DNA of 64,000 bases, taken from positions 12,523,375 to 12,587,374 of the forward strand of contig OZ316897.1 in assembly GCA_973895155.1 (NCBI GenBank), given 5' to 3'. A model generated the notes under the pieces. The model did no database searches and was not told where the DNA came from. It saw only the letters and a list, made by a program, of their open reading frames with translations. A program made the translations under genes and the position numbers. Origin of the DNA: Marsupella aquatica (lineage: Eukaryota > Plantae > Marchantiophyta). This document shows positions 51,256 through 64,000 of the stretch, piece after piece (position 1 is the stretch's first letter; each line of letters begins with the position of its first letter).

Positions 51256-51717
51256 AAGGAAAACCTTTACATGATAAGGCACTTGCATAACTCAAGGATT
51301 GCGGGAACTTGCATTAAAGTTATGGGAACTGATCTTCGGCTACCGTGAGGAAAGCCTATAGGGTAGCACTTAACCCTAGACTTTTCTGCAACTTTAGGCG
51401 CAGATCCGCAAATTTGCAAATCCAGCTCCGGAACTCCGGAAAGCCGTGCGACTGAAGGCATGTGGGCTTTGCGCCTGCATTTGAGATGGCGGCTGATTGA
51501 GAATGAAGAAAAAATGACATATGCTATGAGACAGAGGTGTGGCAATAACTCCTTCCTTATGGCACGGGTCAATGCTACCTCCCCCCATTTTTTAAATTCC
51601 TGAACTAGATCCCATAACCAGAGTTATAGGATGGATCACAAATCCGTAACTTTCATAACCACCCATTAGGGCATCTCAAAGCTTTGAAATCAGGGCTGGT
51701 TATAAAAGAATGGTCAT

Positions 51718-52060
51718 TGTTGAGCATAGACGACACTCGTAACGATAAGCACATGACACATCCAACGCGCAAGTAGTCGACACAAGAGATACATGGTTCA
51801 CCTCCTTGAGGTTACGTCCACGGGAATACACAAGAGAGCTTTACTGAACTCTAAGCCCGTCGGCTATACCAAGTCTCCACAGTGTAAGCTCTCCTCATCT
51901 CTCAAGTGGCCCCATAACAATGAGCCTAAGTTCCACTTATCCAAGCAAACACCGCTTGGCATATAGTGTGCATCCTAGTTAACCTAACCACGTCTCTGAC
52001 TACGGTTAGTCTAATTATGGTTATATGTCGTAACCCTAGACCTTGAGTAAATACCTAACA
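51718..52060 (-). repeat. 3' LTR (343 bp)
   Basis: Adjacent to the PPT. Differs from the 5' LTR by 10 substitutions and 1 indel (manual count). Confidence 0.95.
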
Positions 52061-52253
52061 ATCTCCCCCTTGACTCTGGTCTAGGGGAGGGTAATACTAC
52101 TAACCTATGTGATTCCTCAGCAGGAAGTTCTGGATGAAACCAACATGGTTTCCTCTGTCTAACTAGAGCAAACCAGAACTAAGCCGTAGCCTATTACTAG
52201 GAGTGAAGAAGAGCATATATCAGTAATTACAACAAATGTTAAGAAAAACCCAT

Positions 52254-55200
52254 ACTTGTGACGCAATTACAAAACCTACAACACATCACGATGTCTAAAG
52301 AAACTTTCCAAAGGAATCACTTTGGTAAATGCGTCAGTTGGGTTGAGTTTACCGTCTATCTTGACTAGCTCAAACAAATTATCAAACACAACCTGCCTGA
52401 TAAAATGGTACCTAACGTCTATGTGCGTCACTCTACTGTCCATCACCTGGTTCACAGCAAGGTGGAGCGCACTCTAACTATCACAATGGAGCTTCACATT
52501 CCCCTGTGACAATCCCATTTCAGTGATAAGTCTATCCAACCAAATTGCTTCCTTCGCTGCTTCCGCTGCTGCAACATACTCTGCTTTTGTAGTAGACTGA
52601 GCAATACACTTCTGCAAAGTAGACCTCCAACTTATGCATCCACCGCCAAGTGTGAACACGTACCCTGTTGTTGATCTCTTTCGGTCCAGATCTTGTCCAT
52701 AGTCAGAACCTACATAGCCAATCAATGATCTTGTATTATTTGCATTTGCATCAAATAAAAGACCATGATCCACGGTACCCTTCAAGTACCTGATAATCCA
52801 CTTCACTGCTTTCCAGTGTACCTTCCCTGGATTCGACATGTATTTGCTTACCTTGCCCATAGCCATGGCAAGATCAGGTCTAGTGCAAGTCATCAAATAC
52901 ATGAGACTTCCCACTGCCTAACATAAGGAACCTTTGACATCAGCCCCTTCTCTGTCGCATCTGTGGGATAAAAAGGTGATGACAATTTGAAGTGTGCAGC
53001 CAAAGGGGTACTTACTGGCTTACTATCCCCCATGTTGAACCTGGCAATTACCTTCCTTCCATAATTGCTCTGTGTCAACCATAGCTTACCAGCCTCCAAG
53101 TCCCTAGTGATCTCCATACCCAAAATCCTCTTACCTGGCCCTAAGTCCTTCATCTTAAACTCTGCACTTAGCAGTGTCTTGAGTTTAACAATCTCAGACC
53201 TATCCTTGGCCGCAATAAGCATGTCATCCACATAAAGTACTAAAACAATGAACCCAAAGACAATATTTTTCACCGGTTTCAAATATACACAAGGGTCAAA
53301 CACACTCCTGTGAAAACCTTGGGACCAAATCCAATCGTCAAACCGCTTGTTCCACTGTCTTGGTGACTACTTCAACCCATACAAGGATTTCAACAATCTG
53401 CAAACCAGTTCCACTTGTCCTCTCTTCACAAAACCTAGCGGCTGTCTCATGAAGATCACCTCTTCCAAGGTGCCATAGAGGAAAAGCTGTGACAACATCC
53501 ATCTGATCTAGCAGTAGACCAAACATTACAACAAGCACACACAATAGCCGTATTGTTGATTACTTAGCAACTGGTGAGAAGACCTCATTGTAATCCACAC
53601 CTTTCTCTTGTGTGAATCCCTTTGCTACCAACCTAGCCTTGTAGACCTTCGATCCAATTCCTGCGGAATTATCCTTCAGCTTGTAAATCCACTTGCTGTC
53701 CACCACTTGTTGACCCTTAGGTAGCTTAACAAGCTCCCAAGTTTTGTTGTCCTTCAGTGACTGCATCTCCGTTTGCATTGCTACAGTCCACTCCTGTTTC
53801 TCCTTTGAAGCACTTGCCTCATGAAATGAAGAAGGTTCCCCTTCTTCCAAAACCAACGCATCATCCTCATCATCAGCTACAAAATTGTCCTCTTGCAATT
53901 GAGATGAATTAACCCACTGTCCATACCTAGGAGAAGCGCGTACAATGCGACCAGATGTTCTTCTAGTCGATGACTCCGGTTGAATTGCATCTACTGATAC
54001 AATTTGAAGCTCAGCAGCATCCACTTGCTACTCATCAGCATCAACAAACTCCTCTTGTTCCTCTGGCACAGGAACCAGCTCCATGCTTGGAGCACCTCCT
54101 TCTCGTCAATCATGTACCTCATGATCAATCTCCCCCTCAATGAGATCCGGGATAAGAGATTTTCCTTTGTCAGTACGGGAGACCTGAGTATTCTCCCCCT
54201 CCTTCAATAATCTGGATTCATTGAAGGAAACATCCCTACTGACAACGAGCTTACAAGCAATAGGATCCCATAGCCTGTAGACCTTCACACCACTCTGATA
54301 CCCAAGAAAAATACATTTCTTGGACGTAGAATCCAACTTGGTCCTATTCTGCTTCGGTGTGAGAGCATATGCATCACTTCCAAAAACTACCAAGCCATGA
54401 TAGTCTGCTTACCGCTTATAACGCATTTCAAACGACGTTTTGAAATTGATTGCACTAGAAGAAGAAAGATTTACTAAATAAGCTGCAGTATTGACAGCTT
54501 CTGCCCAAAATTCATGTGATAAACCTGATTGGCTCAACATACTCCGTGACCGCTCCAACAGTGTTCGATTGAGCCTCTCAACGACACCATTCTGTTACAG
54601 AGTATAAACTGTGGTGAGATGGCGAGTTATCCCCTGTTCTGCACAGTACTCTTCAAATTCTATTGAAGTGTACTCCCCACCATTGTCTGACCTCAGACTC
54701 TTCACCCTTGTATCCAAACACTTAACCGTGTTTCCTGTCTGATTCTTCACTTGGGCCTTTCACTTTGTAAAAATGGACAAGACATCAAACTTATGCGTCA
54801 TGAAATAAATCCATACAAATCTTGAGTAATCGTCAATAAATGATACATAGTACAATTTTCCAGAGTGTGAAGGAGTCGGGGATGGACCCCACACGTCACT
54901 ATGTATGTACTCAAGAACCGCTTTGGAACGATGAGTTCCAACACCAAAAGCACGACGATGTTACTTTCCAAAAATGCAATGCTCACAAAAATCCAATTTA
55001 CAAGACTGCAAATCAGAAATGAGCCCATTCTTTCGCAAGATAGCCAATCCCTTCTCACTCATGTGGCCTAGCCGTGAATGCCACAGTTGAGTCATTTCCT
55101 CGTGAGACTTGGTTACATTGGCCTCTCCACATATTGTATTGTCTTGTAGCACATACAAATTCTTCTGTCTGCTCCCCTTCAAAATCACTATGTCTCCCGA

Positions 55201-56389
55201 CATGACTTGAAGTTCACCATCAATTACTCGCCATTGATGACCATTTGTATCCAACACACCGAGTGAAATCAAATTCTTACGCATGCCAGGTACAAACCTG
55301 ACTCCGGACATTGTGCGCACAATGCCATCAAACATTTGAATCTTTACAGACCCAATACCCTCAACTCGACAGGAGTGATCATTTCCCATCAAACTGAACC
55401 GTTTGACACAGAATAAGAATTGAAATACTTGCAAATGTAACAAATGTGAAAGGAGCAAGCACAATCAAGAATTCACACATCATTTTCTCTCCTAGATGAT
55501 GTGCACGGGGCATACTCCTGATTTCATAAAACATATTCATCATTGAGTTAATCACTTCTCCATCAGCACTAGCCACATTGGCTGATAAAAATTCAGCTGC
55601 CTTACCCTTACAATCCCTCTTAACGTGACCAACCTTGTGACACTTCCAGCAAACTACTGGCTTTTTCTCCCTGGACTTCCCCCTTGAAGTAAATCTTGTC
55701 CTAGATTTACTTCTTCCCATGCCCTGCGTGCGTTGCTCTTGACGCTTTTGTGACCTCCCACGATTCACATTCAAGGCAACACCAGACGATGATGATGGCT
55801 GAGAGGGCATGGTCAATTTCTGCTGCAAGTCATCAGTCAACAGAGCACTTACAACTTCATTGTAAGTGATAGTCTTTCTGTCACGATGAAATAGCACTCA
55901 TGACAATGACTGATACGATGAGGGTAAAGAGCTAAGCAAGTGAAGAGCCTGCCGCTCATCACTCAAATCCTCCCCCAGATTTTGCAAATCAACGACCAGG
56001 TCGTTGAAACCATCGATATGGTTCTAAATCTTTGCACTTCCCTCCTTCATCTTGAAGCTCATAAGCTTCAAAGATGTGTAGAGCCGATTGGATAGCTCCT
56101 TTTGATGGTATTTTTGATCCAACGCGGCAAACAATGATGCACAATCAACATGGTCTGCCAACTGCTTGATGATATTAGGCTGAAGATAGAGCATCACGGT
56201 GCTCACAACCTGCTTCTGCATGTCCTGCCAGTCATCATTGTCGACATTATTTGGCTGGTCCTTCAGCAATTTCCCAAGCTCGGTTGCACGGAGTACCCCC
56301 TTCACTTGTCGCTCCCACAACAAGTAGTCTGTGCGGCCATCGTATTTCGTAACCTCAAACTTGGGACCTCCAAGCTTGATTGTCCCCAT
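52254..56389 (-). pseudogene. copia gag-pol polyprotein with multiple stops and frameshifts
   Basis: KFEVTKYDGRTDYLLW (gag), CWKCHKVGHVKRDC (zinc knuckle), LWHSRLGH..CEHC (pre-integrase/integrase zinc finger), KCIFLGY, YKARLVAKGFTQ, LYVDDML (RT), RKRSTTGY..AEYVA..LHCDS (RNase H). Confidence 0.93.
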
Positions 56390-57896
56390 CCTTTTTCTTG
56401 TCACTCACCGCAATACCGATGACCACAATTCTGCTAGATCTTTCGCTTCCTCCTCTGTTCTCTCCGGTGACTCAACAGAACCCTCCTCCAAGTCACTCAT
56501 GTGAGAAATCAAGAAAAAATGACATTTTTCTCAACTTCTCAACTTCTCAAAAAAATCAAAAGTTATCACCGCCACGTAGCCCACGAGCCTAGCTTTCCAA
56601 CGCTGAAAACCAAAATCAAAACCAAACTCCGCCGTAAAAGTTATTCACTTTTTGGTCGGGGTGGGTAAAACTTGGAATTCTCCCCCGTTTTGACCACCTC
56701 GGGGAATAACCAAAATGTGAACTAGTACCCGACGTCGGAAATGCAATTCAATTTATGCACCGCGTTGCCAACTCTGATGGCTAGCAACTTGCCAAAGATG
56801 AACGAAAAAAGTTACCTTTCGGCGGACAAAATCTTCGACGGACGGACAAAAAATAGCTCCATGGTTTTTTGGAATATTCTATGACCCTTGTACAGGCCCT
56901 GTGTGAATTTTGGAAGAACAATCAAGGGGCTGACATGTGTCCTCGAACCCCCAAAACCCCCTACCACCCTTCGTCATCAAAATCTGGTTGCGCGCGCAGA
57001 AAATACACACGACATAATGTACCCCTCAACACCAAACGTAAGATATCTCACTCGGGTTTTGACGAAATCAAGATCTGATTTCAGATTTGGAAACTAGACT
57101 CCGAGGCGGTGAAGATTATAAGAAGCACCCAAAACGAGGAAAGAACGAGGGAGAAAAAAATTGGTAAAAATGACAGATTTTTCTCAATTGCCATAGCCAA
57201 TTTTGAATCAGTTTTTCAAAGAGAAAAAATGGTACCTTGTCAACAATGAATGTTGATGAATTGCACTTGGTGCTGTCACCAAGTCCAACAAGGTAATTGA
57301 TTTTGCTTAGCCTTCCTCTTTGCATCAAAGAGCCAATCCCGGACTCAAAACAATTGTCTTGCCTCAATCTCTCCGTTGAGTCAAAACACTTGACGCTTCT
57401 CCCTCCGAGTCGATTGCCACGAAAGGAAACCCCGCTCAGGCAAAAGAGGACTCCATAACCGATCAGAAAATCAAAATGCTTCTTTTGCTCGTCCCGTCGC
57501 ACACGGTACTCACTTGGTAATAAATCAACTACCAAAACAAACAGCTCATCCCGATCTACAAGCAGAGCTACAGCATGCGATGCCTCCTTCGCCGTAGAGC
57601 TCACACCGTCGAGAAAACGGGTGCCTCCTCCGAAAAACCATCGAACACGAATGTTGCCGACTTTCTTCACAAAATCCAGAACGACAAAAACTTAGATTTC
57701 TCCGCACCACGAGCTCCATTCAGCGATTTCTTCACACCATTAGAAAGCTCTTGCCCCGATCTATCCGTTGAGCCCATAAACTCCAAGTTTCATGCGACAG
57801 AACTCCGGGAAATCCACCGATACTCAACGCTGGAAAAACTGTCACGAAATCCCGTCACGAACACATGTCACCTCCCAGGCATGCTCTGATACCAAT

Positions 57897-58238
57897 TGTT
57901 GAGCATAGATGACACTCGTAACGATAAGCACATGACACATCCAATGCGCAAGTAGTCGACACAAGAGATACGTGGTTCACCTCCTTGAGGTTACGTCCAC
58001 GGGAACACACAAGAGAGCTTTACTGAACTCTAAGCTCGTCGGCTATACCAAGTTTTACAGTGTAAGCTCTCCTCATCTCTCAAGTGGCCCCATAACAATG
58101 AGCCTAAGTTCCACTTATCCAAGCAAACACCGCTTGGCATATAGTGTGCATCCTAGTTAACCTAACCACGTCTCCGACTACGGTTAGTCTAACTATGGTT
58201 ATATGTCGTAACCTTAGACCTTGAGTAAATACCTAACA
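57897..58238 (-). repeat. 5' LTR (342 bp)
   Basis: Adjacent to the PBS, near-identical to 51718-52060. Confidence 0.95.
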
Positions 58239-59757
58239 GTCATAACTTTTTCACAAGGTTCTGGAAAAGTATTTTGGTTTTTTCTTTCACTAGCCTCTAC
58301 ATGACTGATGCAATGCCCTACGACCAATCCTTACGGCAAAAAATTATGAACTAGGAATTTCAGAGTCCGTAACTTTGTGTGTACATAACCCGTAAGTAGG
58401 AAGTTAAGATCCATCAAATTGTGAGTGTTGAGAGGCCCTATTATGCACAATAAGTATAGCATAATGATAGTCTAGGGCACAGGATTACTAGGTCGTAACC
58501 TTGAGACCATAAAGTGGGAAAAAGTTGACAGGTGGTAAACGGAAACCTTTTATGAGCACTGGGAGCAGGATTCAGTCTAGGACCTGGCCCAAACAGTAAG
58601 TATGTAAGTAAATACGGTTCGGGAAAACTTCACAATTAAAACTTTCCAGGCAGGAGATCATGGAAATAGCAAAGACCTCCACAAATAGTTTCATACTGAT
58701 AACCTTACTTCCGGATTGAATCTACTGATTGGCACCAGTTTGTGGGCTCCATCAGTATATTGAGCTAATGGTGACAAAATCTTTTTTCTTTCGTGAAATG
58801 AGCACTTTACTATGAGAGAAGTGAAACCCAGTAAAAGAGTCAGGGAATAACGGGCCAGCCTAACTGTACCAAACTAAAGGTGACAAAATCTAAAAAATTA
58901 AATAGGCCAAACATTAAGGCTTAATTTCACAACATGGTGCAGAATATGGTTTCAAGTACATTCTGAGCCATTTATTAGAGAATGGTTGTTGAAGGTATGT
59001 TTTGGGACCATTTTTGGCCCCAATCAGTTCAATTGAGCTTTGATCAGCCAATAAGAAGAACTAAAGAGCTCTTGGGAAGAAGGGCCAGGCGTGTGACCAA
59101 ATCTATGTGGTCACAATGTGCTGAACAATATGGTTTGTGCCAATATGGTTTTGACAATATGACTGAACATATTGTGCACAATATATTGGGCAATTTTACT
59201 AAGGGCCCGCGTCATAATACAGCTAATAATCAGGTCTGTTACCAAGTAGATGTGGTGCTGAACAATGGGATTGTAACAACATGGTGCACAATATGGTTGG
59301 GGCTATTTTGGGCCCCCGTGACTTCAACCAACTAAAGTTCAATCAATAAAAACAAAGGAGGAAAAGAAGTAATTGAAGAGCACACACAAAACCATGTTAG
59401 TGACCAGATCTATGTGGGCACAGTGTTGTGAAAACTCAAGCTTAGCACTTCCTCCTTCAGCAAGCTTCTCTTCTCGGTTTTATTGTCTTCCTTCTCTTCT
59501 CATGCCACCAAATGAGAAACAATCTCTTGATCTGATAGAAAGGGCCCTTAAAAAATGCCAGCAAAATGGACACTACAACAGTGGACATTCATGATAAACA
59601 AATAGTCTGCTCTAAGACTGCCACAATGCACTCCAAGGTCCAGCAAAAGTCCTCCTAGCCAACATTGTCATTCCACAATCATGTTGTGACATCATGCTCT
59701 AACTTTTGACCTCTGCCTGAAGCTCCAAAGCGTTCACTTTGAACATTAAAATACCCA

Positions 59758-60043
59758 GGGTCCTCACTTCTTTTCTTCCTACCCATCGCGTACAAATAAG
59801 TTTAGGGATTTTTAATTCAATTTCATGGAAGACTTTAAAAGTTCTGTTGGAAAAACATAGGGGTGCTTTAATCCAATTTTGAGACTTATAAGAATTACAT
59901 GGGTTTTTTAATACCATTGTGAAAATATTCCATAAAGTTAGGGGTGAAAAATACTAAAAATCTACGTTCTTTTCTTAAGTTTAGGACATTTATTACTTGA
60001 AAACTTCGCGCATGATATGGGGACCCCCTTGGAGTGAAGCCCC
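59758..60043. mobile_element. Probable TIR MITE related to the inserts in the degenerate copia
   Basis: Ends GGGTCCTCACT / AGTGAAGCCCC. The right part is an inverted homolog of ~20752-21000 (GGGCCTCACTCCAAGGGG..CCCATATCA). Confidence 0.5.
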
Positions 60044-60984
60044 TGAGTTGGGACATGGGTTAGCTGTGCCTTAACTCCTTGGCTTGAACCCCAAACCTGA
60101 AAAATACCAAAATTCCTAGCCTAGCCTAGCCCAACCAACCTAACCCTCAACTCCTACCAAAGTCCCAATGGACTTCTTAGATTATGCCCTTCCATAGCCC
60201 TTCTATAGCCCTCCAATAACAGCAGGAGCAACTGAGGCCCCATGAAATTGGTTAGCCCCTAAATATAAAGGCCCAAACCCTACACCCATGCATATTTTAA
60301 GCTATTTTCTTGGGAAAATTACATAGTGACAAGTGTACAGGTGTACCAATTACATAGTAATAAGTGTACCAATTAGAACATGACATGTGTCCTTCCTATG
60401 CATGTACATGACACAGAAAACCCTAACTTTCTTAGACAAAATTTCATGGAATATGACCCATTTAATGAGGACCTATTGTTCTTTAAAGCGGACCAAAAAC
60501 TTTAATGGATCCTATTGTTCTTCCACAAAATTTGGGAAGCCTCCTTCAGGACCATTTAAATGACCATATAGTTCGTTGTACGGGATGTGGTGCTTCCATG
60601 GAAGTGCCCCCCCAAGCTGATTTCTAGGATGAGCACAATGAAGTGCCTAGATATAGGCCCTCTCCACAAGTCTATCCCCACTAGCCCTAAATATTCATCA
60701 TTTAGCTATAGTCCAGTTAATGTAACCAGGCCCCAAAGTTAAATACCAACGCACATAGAATTTGTGACAATACAAACAATATTGTGCACAACATAATTTG
60801 GGGTCCATTTCCGAAGCCCATCACAAAGCAAATAATAAGAAGAAAAGAGTTGACACAAATGAAGAAGAATTCTTGGCCGACCAGGGATCCAAAAGAGAGG
60901 AAATGGAGGACCGTGGAGACAAGAAGATTTGCGCAATAAATAAATATTGAAAATTTGAGTTGCTCGGACACAATTTTAGGCAGT

Positions 60985-61500
60985 GAACCTATCTGCAAAG
61001 GTCATGTTGTCTTAGTGCAAAGTTCTACTAATAGTTTTCAAAATAGAACCTATTTGCACTCTTGCCTAACTAAGCATGACTGGTTACCCTTTCTTGACCA
61101 AAAGCAGCATGGAAGGAAAGATTTGCATGATTTTTGTTTTGGCAACCAAGTCATAGTCACAATGTTTTTCAAAAGAGGCACAAACACATGCAGAAAGACG
61201 AGTTCACTGATAGGTCTAATGTGACTTGGAAAAAATTATAGAATGTGTATTTCAGGACTATTGTAAGCATTTCTATGTAACATACTGATGTGTCAGTGGA
61301 CCTATGCGTAAACTCATGACTTTGTATATGATGGTGCTAAAAACTTCCATGCAAATCTTTCATTTTGTGCCACTTTTGTCATATCATGCCTTTTTGGTCA
61401 AGAAAGAGTTACCAGTCATGCCTGGTTAAGCCAACTAATGGATAGGTTCGATTGTTGTCCAAAGATGACACTATTTCAAGCACAAGTGGTCAGATAGGTT
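60985..61500. mobile_element. Degenerate long inverted repeat (MULE/foldback-like)
   Basis: AACCTATCTG...GCATGACTGGTTACCCTTTCTTGACCAAAA is mirrored by TTTTGGTCAAGAAAGAGTTACCAGTCATGC...CAGATAGGTT. Confidence 0.5.
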
Positions 61501-63798
61501 TAATGTATACTTTGTTTTCAAAGAAAAAATGAAATCTGGATAAATTGTTTATGTCATTGCCATATGATTTGAAAGGTAAACATCTGAATTTTTAACACTG
61601 GGCATGTGTGAACCTGATTGCCCCTACAGTATTTGCAAGGACAGAAAGTGGAAAAACGAATAGCGCCAATGTCTCCAAATTGGGTCAAGGGTCATTTTGA
61701 GGGGCAGGTGAGAGTTCACTGACCAAGGCTCAATGTGCTCCCTGGTCTCCATCCACAGGGTCTTTCACAATTCGTGGCAAAGGTCATGCCTGTTGTTTGA
61801 CCCATCCCAGGTCCAATGTGTATAGTAAAGCACTCCCAGGAATGCATTGTCCTGGGTAAAGCCCAAGGAGCTTTCCCAAAGATGTTGTCCTTGTAAAAGG
61901 GCTATAGGGTGCTTCGAGTTGACTCCTCTTTTGCTACTTTAGGAAGGTTTGGTAGCTGAAAACCTGCCCAGGATATTCACACATTTGCTCTAAGCATTAA
62001 GCCAGGTAACTATACTGCCAACTGAGGAGGGCTTTCAGAGATGGAACAACCAAGGACAAGTGCACAACACAAACTCTTGATTCACCCCACACATATCATT
62101 TTCGTTTTCCACACCCAAAGCATGGAAGAATTGCAGAATACCATACATAAACACGTCTCCTTACATCCTCCTTACTCCCACCAAAAAATTCATGCCTCAT
62201 AAAGTTTGTCAACTTGGGAACCTTTGTACTCGGCCAAATATAGTAGTCCAGGAGTAGTGAGCAAGTTTCCGAGCAAACTTCACTTTAAAGTGCATTTTCG
62301 GTGGAAAGTCTGGCTTTGAGAAATTTGTGAAGATTTAGTAAAGAGCCTAATGCATTGATGAACTGTAAGACCTTGGCTGGCTACCGGTAGTCCTTTCCAA
62401 GTAGGATTGGTGTAGTGGGCTGATTCCCTGATTTGTATCGTACTACATTGACGACTTCTAAGGTTTGTGTAAGATTTCTGTATTGAAGAATTGTGGGTCT
62501 AATTTGTTGGTTTAGGAGCGACTCAGGTTCTGTTGGTGTCCAACAGACTCATCAATGGGTCTAGTCTGTTGATTTAGAGACATTCTACATCGACGGAGAT
62601 GCTGTGTGTTGAGACACTGGACAGTTCGCACTCCCCTACGCTAGGAGGGCAGGAAGTTGTTTGTTGTGGTTCTCATAAGGTCTGAGGGACTCAGCCCCAG
62701 CTTGAGAGGCTGAACATTTGACTATTAAACCACAACTGCCCCTATAAAGAAAGGGCTACGGGTTACTATTAAGGTTTTGACTATTAAACCTTAGACTATT
62801 AACCCCTATACAGAAAGGGCTACGGGTTACTATTAAGGTCTATCAGAGAAGCTGCAAATTTGGACTTCGGGACATCAGAACGGTGTGCTGGGCGAACGCT
62901 TATTATCAAGGTGGGTTGCAACAAAAGCGTTGTGCTTCTGCGGAGCTTTTATCTAAAGAGCATAGTTTAAATTTGGAAACCCTGAAAGTCTATGGTGCTG
63001 AGTCCCTCACCTTCTCAGCACCATCACAGAAGCACAAATTGAGCATAGTATGTATATCCGGACGCACACAACCAGGCAGCCGCCAGCCAGCAATCCTACA
63101 GCTAAGACGATCCTGGATTCTAATCTAATCCACAAATCTAATGCAGCAGGGCGAATACAGCAGTGTTAGATTTGATGTCCTTTATTTTCGTCACTGAATA
63201 CGAGCGATACTTTTCTTTCGTGCTCATTAGGAGCTGAGGGTTTAGGGAAAAACGGGGTTGAAGTTTCAGTGAGTGAATCGGACGTAGTAGAGCATATCCA
63301 AATAATGCACACAAACACGGGAAGAAACAAGGGAAATGAACCATTCTGGATGAGAAAGGAGAGCTCTGAAGTGAGATCACCAGATGAACCGACCTAGCCC
63401 TAGGTATCGATCTGAACGAGTTACATATCATGAACCGACCAGAACCGTGCCAGATACAAAATGTGAAATGCGTTGATGCAGCTTTGGTGAGATCTATCTA
63501 CTGCCAAGCTTTCATCTACCGGTTCTCCCGTCAATTGTAATTAAACTTAATGGTGACGTACAGGGAGAATTACCTTGTTCCAGCTGAGACAAAAAGCCCT
63601 CACTATCCAAGCTCGTACCACTAAAGTAGCTGCCACTGAGGTCATTACTGCGACACTGTAATGTGGGAATTAAGGCTGCAAGCACTTATGCAACAAAGTC
63701 GCATATGAATTATAGGAGAATCCACCATAACTTTATCAATACACTTCAATGCCATGAAGTGGAAGGGGACAAAATTTGTAAGCCTACATAAAAACCAC

Positions 63799-63903
63799 CT
63801 AAGCGCCTGGAACTTCCACAGCCTCAGCAGGCTCTCCTTCGACCTCGTCACCTACAGGCCTCTCAATCTTGGTACCGACCTCCTCGCTGTAGTCCCCATG
63901 TAC
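63799..63903 (-). CDS. RPS3A: Last coding exon of 40S ribosomal protein S3a (eS1); the gene continues beyond the window end
   Basis: Acceptor TTCTGATTCAG| then VHGDYSEEVGTKIERPVGDEVEGEPAEAVEVPGA*, matching the plant eS1 C-terminus (..VHGDYS.DVG.K..RP......GA). Confidence 0.88.
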   Translation of the reverse strand, partial: VHGDYSEEVGTKIERPVGDEVEGEPAEAVEVPGA

Positions 63904-64000
63904 CTGAATCAGAAATGTAAAATTAGGGTTCCGTCATGGTACTGCACTTTGGTGCAGGACACTTCGTGCCAGATGAAATGCAACATCTGCAGTGCAGAAA

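Larger units (their letters stand above)
51718..58238 (-). mobile_element. Full-length Ty1/copia LTR retrotransposon (Tnt1/Tork-like), inactivated
   Basis: TG..CA LTRs at both ends, 5-bp TSD GTCAT (51713-51717, 58239-58243), tRNA-iMet PBS TGGTATCAGAGC (57894-57883), PPT AGGGGGAGAT (52070-52061), domain order gag-PR-INT-RT-RH. Confidence 0.97.
51667..58440. mobile_element. TIR MITE (family A) split by the copia insertion (arms 51667-51717 and 58239-58440)
   Basis: Ends TAGGGCATCTCAA / TTGAGAGGCCCTA. The empty site GGTCAT|AACTTTTTCACAAG matches GATCATAACTTTTTCTCAAG in 51004-51255. Confidence 0.8.

Overview
Eukaryotic land-plant nuclear DNA, inferred to be a bryophyte (liverwort or moss) from the CYP78 N-terminus and a bryophyte-style PPR fragment. 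It is gene-sparse and dense in transposons. Four host genes are supported, all on the minus strand: a two-exon CYP78 (KLU/PLA1-type) cytochrome P450 (7333-9064), a two-exon 94-aa conserved small membrane protein (MCPMR...DMASGRYLW; 42406-42850), a two-exon SKP1 (49589-50434), and the last coding exon of 40S ribosomal protein S3a/eS1 (63799-63903, missed by the ORF track). Mobile DNA comprises a full-length but inactivated Ty1/copia element (51718-58238, GTCAT TSD), an older internally deleted copy of the same family (19176-23348), a complete 1211-bp non-autonomous Helitron (45741-46951), a decayed PIF/Harbinger transposase (37395-37900) and many MITEs. I found no CRISPR array, rRNA or tRNA, and no clearly new multi-gene system. 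The most unusual observations are: (i) one MITE family repeatedly hosting nested insertions (Helitron, copia, probably another MITE); (ii) a minisatellite built from a MITE terminus about 0.9-1.5 kb upstream of CYP78; (iii) two unrelated captured segments, one a PPR gene piece, each flanked by a 14-bp direct repeat. All coordinates and counts were done by eye.
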